A stretch of DNA of 64,000 bases from the human T2T-CHM13v2.0 reference genome, Homo sapiens: positions 13,120,001-13,184,000 of the forward strand of contig CP068257.2 of NCBI GenBank assembly GCA_009914755.4, given 5' to 3'. The translations under genes were made by a program, and so were the position numbers. Under the pieces are notes generated by a model. It was not told the origin of the DNA. It worked only from the letters and a program-made list of their open reading frames with translations, and did no database searches. This document shows positions 1 through 12,552 of this stretch, piece by piece (position 1 is the first letter of the stretch; every line of letters starts with the position of its first letter).

Positions 1-125
1 CAGCAGAAGTAGAGACTGGCACCATTCTTCTTGTACAGCCCATAGAAACATGAGTCAATTAAATCTCTTTTCTTAGTAAATTACCCAGTCTCAGGTATCT
101 TTATAAGAACACAAAAACAACACTA
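1..125 (+). mobile_element. MaLR LTR (THE1/MST-type) 3'-terminal fragment, cut by the window edge
   Basis: 'gagtcaattaaatctcttttcttagtaaattacccagtctcaggtatctttataagaac' matches the conserved 3' end of THE1/MST LTRs (…gtgagtccattaaacctctttcctttataaattacccagtctcgggtat…). Confidence 0.5.
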
Positions 126-809
126 ACACGTTGCCCTCCTTCATTCCTTATTTTTTTTTCTTTAAATATATAGTTATTTTTCTAATAATAAAAGTATAGA
201 TTAATCTTTCCGAAACTCAATTAATTATTTCATTCCCTGAGTTAAGACATTCAATAATATCTCCAGTGATTCCAAGAGGAAGTGCGAACACATATGATGT
301 CATGAAAGGCGGTACAATGGCACTCCAGCCAACCTTACCTGCCTTTCACCGAGCTTTATTGTCTGCTATCATTCTGTACCACTTTAGCACCCATAAGGTC
401 TATTTTCCACTGCCAGAAAGCAGATGGCAACAAAGAAAATGCTGGCAGTACTATTCCCCATGTGGTTTTTGTTTAGAGTCACTATTGAGAAGCACCACAC
501 AAGACATGGAAAGCAAATGCCTCCAAATCCAAATTCCAAAGATTGGGAGGGCATTATTCCCCAGATATTGTGAGCAGACACATGGGTGGTCATGAGATTT
601 GAAGCACATTCTGAATGAACACTTGAAAATCACCTCAATAAGTATTCTGCACTGAGATAGTCTTTATCTCCCCGAAAGCCTTCCAATGAGAATAAACTTC
701 TAATTCCCTGCATTAAACATTTCAAACTTGCAATACATAGAGTAGCTGAGATTTCCTTGAACAAACCTTGACATATAATGTCCATCATTATGCCATAACG
801 CTCTCAAGT

Positions 810-813
<4 letters not shown>

Positions 814-844
<31 letters not shown>
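814..844. repeat. (AC)n microsatellite, about 15 units
   Basis: Uninterrupted acacac… run read directly from the sequence. Confidence 0.95.
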
Positions 845-846
<2 letters not shown>

Positions 847-2947
847 AAAACCAAAATTCTTACCATTACCAAAATCCAATTCATTGTTTTGATACATGCT
901 TTTCTGTATGGCATGTCCTTTTCCTGACATTTCTGTCTGACAAAAGTCCTGTTCATCCTTCAAATTCAAATACCACCGTCTAACTGAGTCCTTCCATGAT
1001 TTCCCCAATTATAGACACATGCTCCTTGGGGAGCCCATAACATCTTATTCATACCACTTACATGGTATTTATAACATCATTTATATGCCCTCACCTTGTA
1101 GAGAGAAATTATGTTTCATTACACTCTGTGGCCTTAGTTCTTAGTACAAACATTGTCGTATAGTAAGCATTCAATAATGTGTTGGATAAATGGTCCATTT
1201 TGAAACAAAATGTCATTAATGTAGGTGAACATTTTCTTCACAGCATACTCTGAAAATTGGGAGAGTAAACCTACATGCTGGGAGTATACTTAAGGCTCAC
1301 TGAAGCATTTCAGGCACCACCCCCTCTCTCCAGTAGGACACAAGCATGAGAGACAGATAAATGAGCAATGGGAAGACACACACCATCTTCCACCTCTCCC
1401 TCACCTTTCTCCTCTCAATCTCTTATCACTTATAAAATTAGTTATTTCATTTATTGGCCTACTGGGAGTAGGTTTTATACCAATCCCTGACTCCAGTATC
1501 CACCATTACACGCTTTTTCCTCCTGAAGACTTACTGTAGAGAAAAGGTTTTCTACATGTAGTCACATTAATGGTTCTATGTGTCTGACCTTCCTGTAGGA
1601 GGTGCCCTAGTTGCCCAGACAAGTGGTGCCACCTGCCTGGGTGCAGGGGAACATGCTCCTGACGCATTGCAAGGCAGGAGCAGCACCGCTAGGAGCTAAG
1701 CCCCAACTGCAACGTTCGTTTTCCTTCATTAACATAGGGTCAAAATGGCTCCACTTTTTAAAATGGCTCCTTTTTAATTAAATTGATGCCAGCTTCTGTG
1801 TTTCACCCTATCCCAGGAATTTTCAGTCCGTGACTTAAGGCAAGGACAGAGAAAAAATAAATAATAATTTGAGTAGCCCTTTCTCTTGGATTTTAATCTC
1901 CAGAAGCTTTGTTCAGGTCAACTACCATTCAACAAACTCACAGCCACATATTCCATTGATTCATGCTGCAAATACGGCATTGATTGGGCAGTGAAATTAC
2001 TGGGGTTTTTCTGGGGGCTAGAGTAGACTGATAAAATAAGCGTGCTCTTTACCATCTTGGAGCTTACAGTTTTTGGAGGAAGTAAAAGGAGAAAATAAAT
2101 AAAAAGAAACGTTCAATATAATATAAGGTAAGAGGTAAGTTCTATAAAGTAAAATAGAGCAGAGCAACAGGATAGAGAGGGTGGGAAGGGGCAGATGGAT
2201 CACACTATTTTAGATGGTGTGGGTAAACGTCTCCAGTGTAATGAGGAGCCTTCTGTGCTAGACCTGAGTAAAGGAAATAAGCCATAGAAATGGAAAGATC
2301 TACGGGAAGAGCATTCCAAACAAAAAAGAATAGAAAGATCCTGAGGCCTGGAGTGTCTAAAGACACTCCACAAGAAGGGCTGATGTGGCTTCAACTGAGT
2401 AGGGGGAGACAAGCTGGAGAGGCGGGCAGGGGCTAGTTCTGTGAGAGTCTTGCAACAGGAGTCAAAATTTCCACGTAGGTCTAAATTATTGTCACACTTG
2501 TGACAAGACTTTAATTAGGGCCATGCTCAATGTGCCTTATTCCTCTTGAGGAGTGAAAATAAATTAGGCAGTCTAGAATAAGTAAAACCAAGAAAGTTAT
2601 TTCTGGTGTCAATTGTCCTGTTATTTGTCATGCTACCTATTTTCTAAAAGAAATTACCTTATTAAAGCATCTCATTTATTTACACCCAAAGGGCTTTGCA
2701 TAAACTGAAATTAAATCGGTGTGAGGGCTTTTACAAACTTGGGGGAAATTACTTCTCAGCCTGAAAGTAGTAAGGGAGATTTTGCCAATGACCTTATGAA
2801 ATCTTTTTAACTTCCTAGGAATGCAATCATGTTTTCAGAGCTTTCTGAATAAACCTTAGAGAGATCTATTGTTTTAGATATGAGAACACTGCTATTTCTG
2901 CAAAAATCATCCAGGTCATTAGTGGCTGATTCATTCACATTTCTGCA

Positions 2948-3105
2948 GTAGCTCAGTATGTAGAGCAGGCTTTGAACCAGATACAACCAGACTTACAATC
3001 GATTCTCAATCTTTCTACCACTCTGAACCTCAGTTTTACAAATTAATTGACAATAGAATCAAATGTAGATACCTGGTCTAGTGCCTGGCACATCACATAA
3101 ACTTT
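2948..3105 (+). mobile_element. MIR (mammalian-wide interspersed repeat) SINE fragment
   Basis: 'tagagcaggctttgaaccagatacaaccag…ctctgaacctcagttttaca…ggtctagtgcctggcacatcacataaac' follows the MIR core and tail (…tgagcctcagtttcctcatctgtaaaatg…cagtgcctggcacatagtaag…). Confidence 0.5.
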
Positions 3106-3675
3106 AAACTAGTGGTTCTTTGTCCTTAGCCAGTTGTATTTCATGAAACTTGTAGGCAAGAACATTGTTGTACTTACTTCCGTGCAAAATATTCTCCAAT
3201 GCCATAGTATATTTTGCCCCCCTCATTCACTTTTGCCTTTCAATTACCATGTTTCTTACAGGCTAAGTCAGTTTAAGAGCCCTCCTTCCTCCCCAAATAT
3301 GAAAGCCTTCAAACTGGAATGGGCCTCTGAGGTAACTAGGAACTGTGTCATATCATAGATACGACAAACAAATAGATTGCAAACCTATCCAACAGGACTT
3401 TAAACATATATTCTGAGCCTATCTATTTCATCTCACAGACCCATATTTTGATTTGGAAGACATTTCAACACATGTAAATTCACTCCCATTGATGAGTCAG
3501 ACACTTAACCTCAGAATATGGTATATGAATGCTGTCTGCTTCCAGGATCTATAGCAGCAATGTGTTGCTTGAAGAAAGAAAATATATAGTTGAGCCTATC
3601 ACACATTTGTTTCTGGTTTCTTTCTGTTACGGAGTTTTCAACTTCTAAGCTCCTGAGGAGACATCCTTGACAAAA

Positions 3676-3750
3676 TACACACACACACACACACACACAC
3701 AAGCACATGCATGCACTCACACGTGCACACACACACACACACTCACTCAT
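3676..3750. repeat. Compound (CA)n/(CACG-like) microsatellite
   Basis: acacacacacacacacacacacacaagcacatgcatgcactcacacgtgcacacacacacacacac. Confidence 0.9.
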
Positions 3751-3900
3751 ACTTGCTGTGTGTATGTAAGGGAGCATTTTGCGGATTATTCCAGAATCTG
3801 CAAATCATTAGGCTCAGAGGCAAACCCAGGGTTTACTGATTGGCAGTTTTGTTCACTTGCTTCCAATGCATTGTCACCTCTATATAAAAATGATCTATCC

Positions 3901-4211
<311 letters not shown>

Positions 4212-5597
4212 CTACACAGGATATGGCCCTATCTGCCTATTCTGTAATGAACTGTCCCAGACAATGAAGCCTGAGACAAGCCCATAGCTAGGTTTTATAC
4301 TAACATATGGCATGACTCCTAAGTCTATTCTTGCCACAAATTGGTTATATATCATTGTCAGTTTATTAAAACTCATCTCAAAACACATGTATAAAATTTA
4401 AGTAGTAAAATTACACATAGATCCTAGACTTCCTTAACAATCTCAATGTGTGAAACACATTTGCCTTCATCCATGGCGTTTGATGCTTTTTTCTTCTGAA
4501 CACGCATGGTCAGGACATTGGGGCAGACTTATCTGAGAGTCAGATTTCCTGAACATTAAAGGACACTGAAGAATCTCAGATGTGTTGAGGTTTATATTTT
4601 TCTACTTTTCCCGACTGGGTTCTGAGAAGCTAGCCGCTGAGTTGGAGCCATATTGAGGAAAACAGATCAGAGAAGAGAATTGGAAAGCCACTATAACACT
4701 GGGAAAAGGCAAAGTAACCCTTTTCAATATTGTCACCTTTTCCCTTGTCTTTGATCAGAGTTCTTTCCTTCTATCCCTGAGTTTTCCATTTGGTTTCTAT
4801 GCCCCCCATCCACCAAAACCCACACCTAGTGCATCTTATATGTAGTCTTGTCATATTGTTTGTCTTTTCAACTTCAACAAATTGGACAGAGGATGGTTTT
4901 TAAATGTTTCCATTTACAGATTCCAGTTTTCACCTTTACTATTTTGAAATATGCCAAGCACTTCATCCGTGTCATCTTCATTAGAATTAGTGATCATTAC
5001 TATTCATAAAAATATTGTAATATGAAACAAATAAATGTCATCTGCAAGAAATAATATCCTAATTTGCTGAAAATTCCCTACCTTCAAAAACCGCAATTAA
5101 TTTTGCACCAACCTAATAAATCAAATTCAAAAAACTTTTTTGGAAACATTACTCCCAGTGAAAACATTCACATGTTAACAATTTGCTTTCTTCTTTGGAT
5201 CTCCCTTCTTACCCTTCCTTATATTGTCTTACGCTTAATTTTCATAGGTCATTATTTCGTTAAAGCAAAAAAATAAGGGATTAAAAATAAATTCATCTTT
5301 GCCTGGTACCTACAAGGAAATGCCCTAAATGTCATTAATAAGAAACTTCTTTCCGTGTCACTTTTTTTTTCCTCAGGTTTTTTCTATTGCATGAACATTA
5401 TTTGATGGGGTAAGTGTAAAATAATTACAGCAACACATATGTTGCACGTAGTCCCCAAAATACGAAGCAGCAAATTTGTGCTTTTTCATAAGTAGAGAAA
5501 TAGAAATAAAATAACCTAAAATAGTGTTTCCAAAATGTAAGCCCTAGATCAGTAGCAACAATACCACTAGGAACTTGTTAATAATGCAAATTATTAA

Positions 5598-5700
5598 GGA
5601 TCTATCTCATAGATAGATCCTTAATATTCAGTATCTATCTCATAGATAGATCCTTAATATTCAGTATCTTAATATTCAGTATCTCATAGATACTGAATCA
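5598..5700. repeat. Local tandem array of a ~34-bp unit containing an inverted repeat (ggatctatc-tcat-gatagatcc)
   Basis: 'atctatctcatagatagatccttaatattcagt' occurs twice in tandem (5600-5667), followed by partial copies. Each unit contains a 9-bp-arm palindrome. Confidence 0.7.
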
Positions 5701-6142
5701 GAAATTCAGAAGTGCAGCCCAGCAGTCTGAAGTTTAAACAAGTTCTCCAGGTGATTTTCATGTACCCTAAAGTTTGAGGATCACTGACATAAAGGTGGAT
5801 TTTTCTAACTAGGATAAATGAATTGTCTCTACCTGTGTCCATACCTGAAGATCTTTAAGGAGCCCTGCTTCATGACCAACGACAAAGTAACAAACTTGTT
5901 ACACAAGAAGCCCAGAGTTAACTGTGGAAGTTGCCTGTTAGTATTGAGAAGATTGAAATGGGCCTGGGTATGTAGCTTATAGAGGAAAAATGAAGACTTT
6001 ATCATAAAAAAATAAAAATGCAAAGACTGGTGAATCTATGCAAGTCACAATGTAACTATTTTAACACTATTATATGTTCATAACTATTAGAAATGAAACA
6101 AAAATTCATTTAAGTAAACTAAAAGAATGTCACCTGAGGATG

Positions 6143-6688
6143 TGTGGTAGGCAGAATTCTGGCCCCTGTAATCTTTGTCCTTAGTTACTCCCAGGAATAT
6201 TTTAAATTGCATGGCAAAGGGGACTTTGAAGATATAATTAAAGTAACTCATCAGCTGACTTTGAAATAGGAAAGATTATCCAGGTGGACCTAATCTAACC
6301 ACATGAGCACTTAGAATCAGAGGTTTTTCTCTGGCTGGTAGCAGAAGGAGAAGTAAGGTTCAAAGCATAAGAAGGATTAGACCTCCTATTTTGGGCTTAA
6401 AAATTAAGGGGGCCATGTGTGAGGGAAATACAGACTCTAATATAAAACTGGATTCTGGAAACTACCAGTGAGTTTGGAAGCAGATTCTTCCCCAGACCCT
6501 CTAGATAAGAAGCATTCACCCTCACTTACACCTTGATTTCAGCCTTTGTAAAGTGCTGATCTGAGAGGACCTAGCTGAGCCATGCTGTACTCGGACTCTG
6601 ATTCATGGACTGTAAGATAATGAATGGGTATTGTTTTAAGCTGCCAAATTTGTGGTAATTTGTTACAGCAGCAACAGTAAACAAATAC
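6143..6688 (+). mobile_element. MLT1-type MaLR solo LTR
   Basis: Starts 'tgtggtaggcagaattctggcccc…catggcaaaggggactttgaagat' and ends '…ctgtaagataatgaatgggtattgttttaagctgccaaatttgtggtaatttgttacagcagcaacagtaaacaaatac'. Both termini match the MLT1 consensus. Confidence 0.55.
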
Positions 6689-7370
6689 TAGGTGTTAATT
6701 TTAACTGCTGTTACAGTCATCCCACTTTGAAAAGAGCCTGCTGCCTTTGCCAGCAAAAGAACCAACTGGCAATTTAAGATTCACAACACAAGGTCTTCAC
6801 CAGCTTTTGTAACATTTAGAATATCTGGATGATCCTTTTGGCTTCTACAAACAAGCACTCCTTCAGCACATTTGTCTTGAGGGCACACTCACTTTTCTTG
6901 TAGACAAGACAGCAAGATCTAATATTTACATAACCTCTGGAAACTAAAAAGAAGTACCTGTCTCTTTCTTTTGTGCTCCTGCTTCAGAAGGATCTTTCTA
7001 TGTACAGGAAACTTAGCTCACATGGTGCAGGGAAAAGCCAAAAGATAGCTCCACTGCCACAGCTTGGCAGACTTTAATACGTGACATATTGTCAGACCTC
7101 AGCACTTACAGGAAAACGGAGTCTTTCAAATGTGAGTTCAGTCCAGCAGTTTTTCATTTTGCAGACAAAGATTATAGATTTAACTCTTTTTATGTAAGGG
7201 AAGTATGAAAGGGACTCATAAGTTTATGAACATGATCCACATAGTAGAGTCCCCAGTTTCTTAGAGAAGTCATGCTGACAAGGAGACCTGGAGCAAAGGG
7301 GACACGTCGTATATTAGTTTTTCAGCACGGCTGTAATGAAGTACTGTAGACTGGATGGCTTCGACAACAG

Positions 7371-7692
7371 AAATTTATTTCTCACAGTTCTAGAGCCTAG
7401 AAATTTACGCTCAAACTGTCATCAGGGTTGGCTTCTTCTGAAGGCCCCTCTCCTTGGCTTGTAGACGGCAGTCTTCTGGTGTCTTCACCTGGTCTTCTGG
7501 GTATGTCTGTGTCCTAATCTCCTCTTCTTATTAGAACGCCAGTCATATTGGATTAGGGTCCACTTCCAATGACCTCGTTTGACATTTAATTACCTCTTTA
7601 AGATTGTTATCTCCACATACAGTCACATTCTGAAGTACTGGGGTAAAGACTTCAACATATGAATTTTGGAGGAACATGATTCAGTCCATAAC
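7371..7692 (+). repeat. Ancient interspersed repeat, unclassified (probable LTR-class mammalian repeat)
   Basis: Characteristic motifs 'tttctcacagttctagagcctagaa…ccttggcttgtagacggcag…gtgtcctaatctcctcttcttattagaacgccagtcatattggattagggtccac…cagtcacattctgaagtactggggtaaagacttcaacatatgaattttggagg…ccataaca'. The family name is not recalled with certainty. Confidence 0.35.
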
Positions 7693-9460
7693 AGGTGAAG
7701 TCCAGTTGTTTCAGGAGTATAACCTCATCTATTCATGACTGCCAGTGACCCTCCCAGACAATGCATCAGAAACTTTCCCACTGCTGTCAAGGAACCCTAG
7801 AAGAGGTTTATCTTCCAATTATGACCAAAGAGGATAACAGGTGTTTTTGCAAAACTTAGGTGGTGGGAAGTAATACAGCCAAGATAAAGCAAAGTTTCCT
7901 GATAAAAAACCCAGTGGCTTTTCTATTGCATTGTACCATCAGTCTTCATTTACAACAGAAAACTCCTCAAGAAATCATATGCACTCTGTCTTTATCAGAG
8001 TTAGGATATTCCATTACATTAGAAAATCATTAACTGTTTATCTCTTTGCATTCTCTCCATGCTTCCTGAAGTATCCATAGAATGCAGATGATAATTGTGG
8101 CTTAATATCATGTATTTCTTTCACAGAACATAAAAGTTAATTAAAATAAACCTTGACATTTATTGAGTCACAATGTTACAGATGCTGTGCTGAGTGCTTT
8201 CCACACATTATCTCAAGAAACTCACAATAACTGTATGAGCTAAATACTACGGTTACTCCAATGTTACAGAAAAGAGAACTGATGTTTAAAGAGATTCAAT
8301 ACCTTACCAATGCCAAAGAACCAGTATGTAGTGGAGCCAGGTCTACCAAAGACTATGCCAACTGCCCCTCTGATAGTGATTGTCTTCTAAATATAGTAAG
8401 CAAAACCTCTGTCATAGAATGAAGAAAAGTGACAACATCATTCATGAGTTCCCGTATATGATGAACAAATATGCTGGCAAAATCCACTACAATTTTTGTA
8501 TTATTATATAATATAAGGACAGGTCATCACCTTATCATTACAAAGTTTGTTTCTGTATGTGAAATATTTCATGGGCTTCTAAAGGTGTGAAGCCTCTTTC
8601 TGTAACATACCAGAGTATAAGATTCTCTGTTTTTAACAAAGCATCACCTTCATATATTAAAATGAAATTAATCGTAGAACGTAATCTTCAGACAAATGAC
8701 CACGTACTCTGGAATCCAGGTCCAAATCACTAACGTAATGGCTATAGCTGCATACTTCTAAGAAAGTGGAAAAAAGTTATGGGCATTTTCAAGAGAAAAA
8801 CATTAGTGTCAAGTACCGCTTTAGCGAGGACAAAGAGACATCTCTTATCCTGAAAGCAAACCTAGACCAATTATTTTTCATGAACAAAAATTAAGCCATA
8901 ACACACTAGTAAACTTCTTGCTAGGAAAAAACAATTAATATTTGAATAACGCTATAAATTCCTACTGATCTATTTCAAGTAAACTATTACCACTTCCTAG
9001 TAATATTTTTTTTTATTTATCTAGTAGGCTGTGGAGAGCAGCTTCTGTCTTTTCTCATCAAGCCTTAAGTTGAAACAACGCTGTCTGCAAATTCAGCGCC
9101 AAGACTAGGACTCCAGCTTCATTGAAAACCGGGAGGTCTGCTGGAAGCACCTCAACACTTATCCTCATCCTAAACTCTGGAGAGGCACAGCACCCTCTGC
9201 TGGTTAAAACCCTGGGGCTACAGCACAAATACCCTTCAAAGAAATGAAATAAAGATTTCATATAACCCTGTGCTGCAAAAACGTTCCACCAGCAGATTGG
9301 CACTAAAAGAAATGTTAAAAGAATTTCTTTTGGCACAGAAAAATTATACCAGATAAAAACTTGAATCTACACAAAGGAATGAAGAGCACCGAAAATGGTA
9401 AATATATGAATAAATATAGAATGAGATTGTCTTCTTTTTTAAGTTTCTTAAAAGATAATT

Positions 9461-10733
9461 GGCTCTCTGCTCCTTTCTGTTCCACAAACAGCCATGTGTT
9501 CTTGTGAAGTGCCAGGCACATACCTAAGACATAATGGTAAAGGTCCAAGTCACCAGATTTGTCCACATAGAGCACCTGGACTCTAGGGCGGCTTTAAAAC
9601 TTCAACAAAGAGTCATCATCAATGACTCCTTCATTGTATAAACAACATGGTGTACATATTCCAGTATGATTTAATACATGGCAATTTCAGTGGCACTGTT
9701 GAGGCTGAGAACAAGAAGCTTGTCCACAATGGGAAGGCCATCTCTATTTTCCAGAAGCCATATGCTGCCTACATCAAATGGGTTGATGCTGTGCTGAATA
9801 TGTTGTGGAGTCCATTGGTCCTGGGGCTCACTTAAATGGTGGAGCCAAAGGGGTCATCACATCTGTCCCTTCTACTGATGCCCTCACATTTTTGATATTC
9901 CCAACTTCAACACAGTTTCCCTCCCAGACTCCAAGAACCATGAGAAGTATGACAGCTCCCTCAAGATTGTCAGCAATGCCTCAAGTATCACCAATTGCCT
10001 TCGCCCTCTGATAAGTCATCCAGGATAACTTTGGCATCATGAAGGGAGCAAAGTTCTTATGATCACTGATACCAGAAGACTGGTAATGGTCCATCTGAGG
10101 AACTGGCATGACAGGGTGGGGCTGCCCAGCACATCATCTCTGTGTCTCCTGAATCTGCCAGGATTGTGAGCAAGGTTACGCCAGCTGAATGGGAAGTTCT
10201 CCAACTTGGCTTTCTGTGTCCGTGTCCCAACTGTGTTGGTTGTGGACCTAGCCTGCCATCTGGAGAAAGCTCCAATTGTGATGGCATCAAGAAAATAGTA
10301 CAGCAGGTATCAGAGGGCCTGTAAGGAGCATCCAGGGCTACACTGAGAACCAGATTGTCTCCTTTGACGTTAACAGTGGTGCCTACTATTTATCTTTTCA
10401 TGCTGGGGCTGAATTGTTCTCAAGGACCACTTTATCCAGCTCATTTCCTGGTATAATAATGAATTTGATTACAGCAAGAGTGGCAAACCTTATAGTCAAT
10501 GTGGGCACCAAGGAGAAGAGCCCTGGGCCACTAGTCCCAGCAATAACAAGAGAAGAATAAAGAGGTTTTCAGCTGCTGGGGAGTCCTTGACCCAACTCAA
10601 TTTCCCAACACACTAAAAAGCTCCCACTCCCAACAAGGTTTCTATCCCAGACTCCCTGAAGAAGAGAAGCAGCTTAGAGAGCCCTACCTTGTCATGTACC
10701 ATCAATGTAATACAAGGTACTCCCCCCAAAAAA
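9461..10733 (+). pseudogene. GAPDHP: GAPDH processed pseudogene, full-length retrocopy (5'UTR to poly-A), heavily diverged
   Basis: Begins 'ggctctctgctcctttctgttccacaaacagcc…ataatggtaaaggtccaagtcaccagatttg', which corresponds to the GAPDH mRNA 5' end 'gctctctgctcctcctgttcgacagtcagcc…accatggggaaggtgaaggtcggagtcaacggatttg'. It then follows the GAPDH CDS without introns (…atggtgtacatattccagtatgat…gacagctccctcaagattgtcagcaatgcctc…cagctcatttcctggtataataatgaatttg…). It ends with the GAPDH 3'UTR '…ccctaccttgtcatgtaccatcaatgtaatacaagg' and a short A-tract. It is flanked by 'aaaagataatt' at 9450-9460 and 10730-10740. Multiple stops and frameshifts are present (the ORF track gives only 62- and 68-aa pieces). 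Confidence 0.9.
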
Positions 10734-11865
10734 GATAATTTTTAAATAAAAACAATATGCTAGGGTTTGTAATAGATAGAGGTTGTAAATGTATAAAAGT
10801 GGCATATAGAACAGGAAGGAGGAATGGAAGTACATTGTCATGAGGCAGAGAAATGATATAGTAAGATTTGAAGACAGACTGTGATAAATTAAATATGCAT
10901 TCATAAGCCCTACAGACAGAGCAATCACTAAAGTAATAAAGTGGTGTAGATAGCAAGTTGAGTGGTGATAAAATGGTATTCAAAAATGCTGAACCAAGAA
11001 GATATCAAGAACAAGAAAGAAACAAACAAAACCAGAAAAAAATAGAAAAAATAGCAAGATCATTGATTTATCCCAATCAGATTGATGGCTAGATTCAAGA
11101 TAAGTGGGTGGATTGGATTTTTTTAAAAAAGAAGACGCAGCAAGAAGCACACTTCAAATATTAATATAAAGACTTAGATAGATTTAAATAAAGGATGCAA
11201 AAATATATACAATACAATTGATAAGTATTAGGGAGTTGGAGTAGCTATATTATTATCAGGCAAAGTAGACTTCAGAACAAGAATTATTATTTGGGAAAAG
11301 AGGGACATTGCATGATGATAAAGGGGTCAATCATGAACAAGACAAAGCAAATCTAAATGGACATAGGTACTCCAGAAGAAAGCTTAAACAAAGTTTAGCA
11401 AAAATTAATGGACTTGAAAGGAGGAAGTGAAAAGTCTACAATTATAGTTACAGATTTCAAAATTTCTCTCTAATCTACAGAACAATTAAACAGAAGATCA
11501 GTAAGGATACAGAAGATTTGAACAACAGTCTCAACTAACTGGACCTAATCGATAGTTATCAAACACTCTAGCCAAGAGCAACAGAATATACATTGACAAT
11601 GAAAAAGTTGCCATAGACCTGGTGGACCTGAGATATAAAGGAAGTCTCAACAATTTTTTAATAGACAGTTACAAATTTTATTATAATTCATAATAGCAAA
11701 CATTTTTACTGTGGTAAAATAAACACATAAATTTAACCATCTTAACCATTTTTGAGTGTACAATTCGGTAGCATGAAGTATATTTATATTATTGTTCAAC
11801 AAATTCTAAAATATCAAAATAATGCAAATATGGTTTTTGACTACAAGAAATTTAAGTCATCATAA

Positions 11866-12552
11866 ATGACCAACAATTGAGAAAATGAATGAAAGCAAAA
11901 AGCTAGACCTTTGAAAAGACCAATTATATCAATCAATTAAACTTCTAACTAGGCCAGTCGAGAAAAAATAGAAAGAGGACATAAATTACAATGTTTTATA
12001 AATTACAAAAGAAGTATCAGAGCAGAACCTAAGAATATTAACAAAAAGATATCTGGAAAGTCTCCCAATATACGGAAATTAAATAAAATACTTCTAAATA
12101 TGCCACAGATCAAAGAAGAGATTCCACATAAATTTAGAAAATATTTTAAACTAAAAAAAAGAGAGCATAACTTATCAAAACTAAAACTGCAGCTAAAGCA
12201 GTTCAATCTATATATTATAAATCTATAATTTTGAATGCTTATATATAAAAAGGTCTAATATTTATGCTCAGAGCTTCTGTCATAAGTTGCTAGTAAAGAA
12301 GAGAAAATTAAACTCAAAGAGTTAGAAAGAAAGACAAATAAAACCCAGAGTGAAAATCAATAACACAGAAAATGACCAACAATGGAGAAAATCAATGAAA
12401 GCAAAAAGCTAAATCTTTGAAAAGACCAATTATATTGATCAATTAAACTTCTAGCTAGGCCAGTTGAGAAAAATAGAAAGAGGGTATAAATTACAATATT
12501 CTATAAATTAAAAAAGGAATATTAGAGTGGAATCTACTAACACTAAAAGGAA
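11866..12552 (+). repeat. Tandem segmental duplication (two ~185-bp copies, ~500-bp period) inside the old L1
   Basis: 'gaccaacaattgagaaaatgaatgaaagcaaaaagctagacctttgaaaagaccaattatatcaatcaattaaacttctaactaggccagtcgagaaaaaatagaaagagg…' (11866-12050) recurs as 'gaccaacaatggagaaaatcaatgaaagcaaaaagctaaatctttgaaaagaccaattatattgatcaattaaacttctagctaggccagttgagaaaaatagaaagaggg…' (12373-12552). Confidence 0.6.

Noticed and set aside
2030-2450. Region with motifs 'ggagcttacagtttttggagg…' and 'ggaagagcattccaaacaaaaaag…cctgaggcctggag' reminiscent of an ancient mammalian repeat family
   Set aside because: I could not recall the family with enough certainty to name or bound it. I left it unannotated and did not guess.
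9647-10011. ORFs 9647-9835 and 9805-10011 with GAPDH-like peptides (MVYIFQYD…, …MRSMTAPSRLSAMPQVSPIAF)
   Set aside because: They are pieces of the GAPDH processed pseudogene. The reading frame is broken repeatedly and divergence is high, so no functional GAPDH paralogue is encoded.
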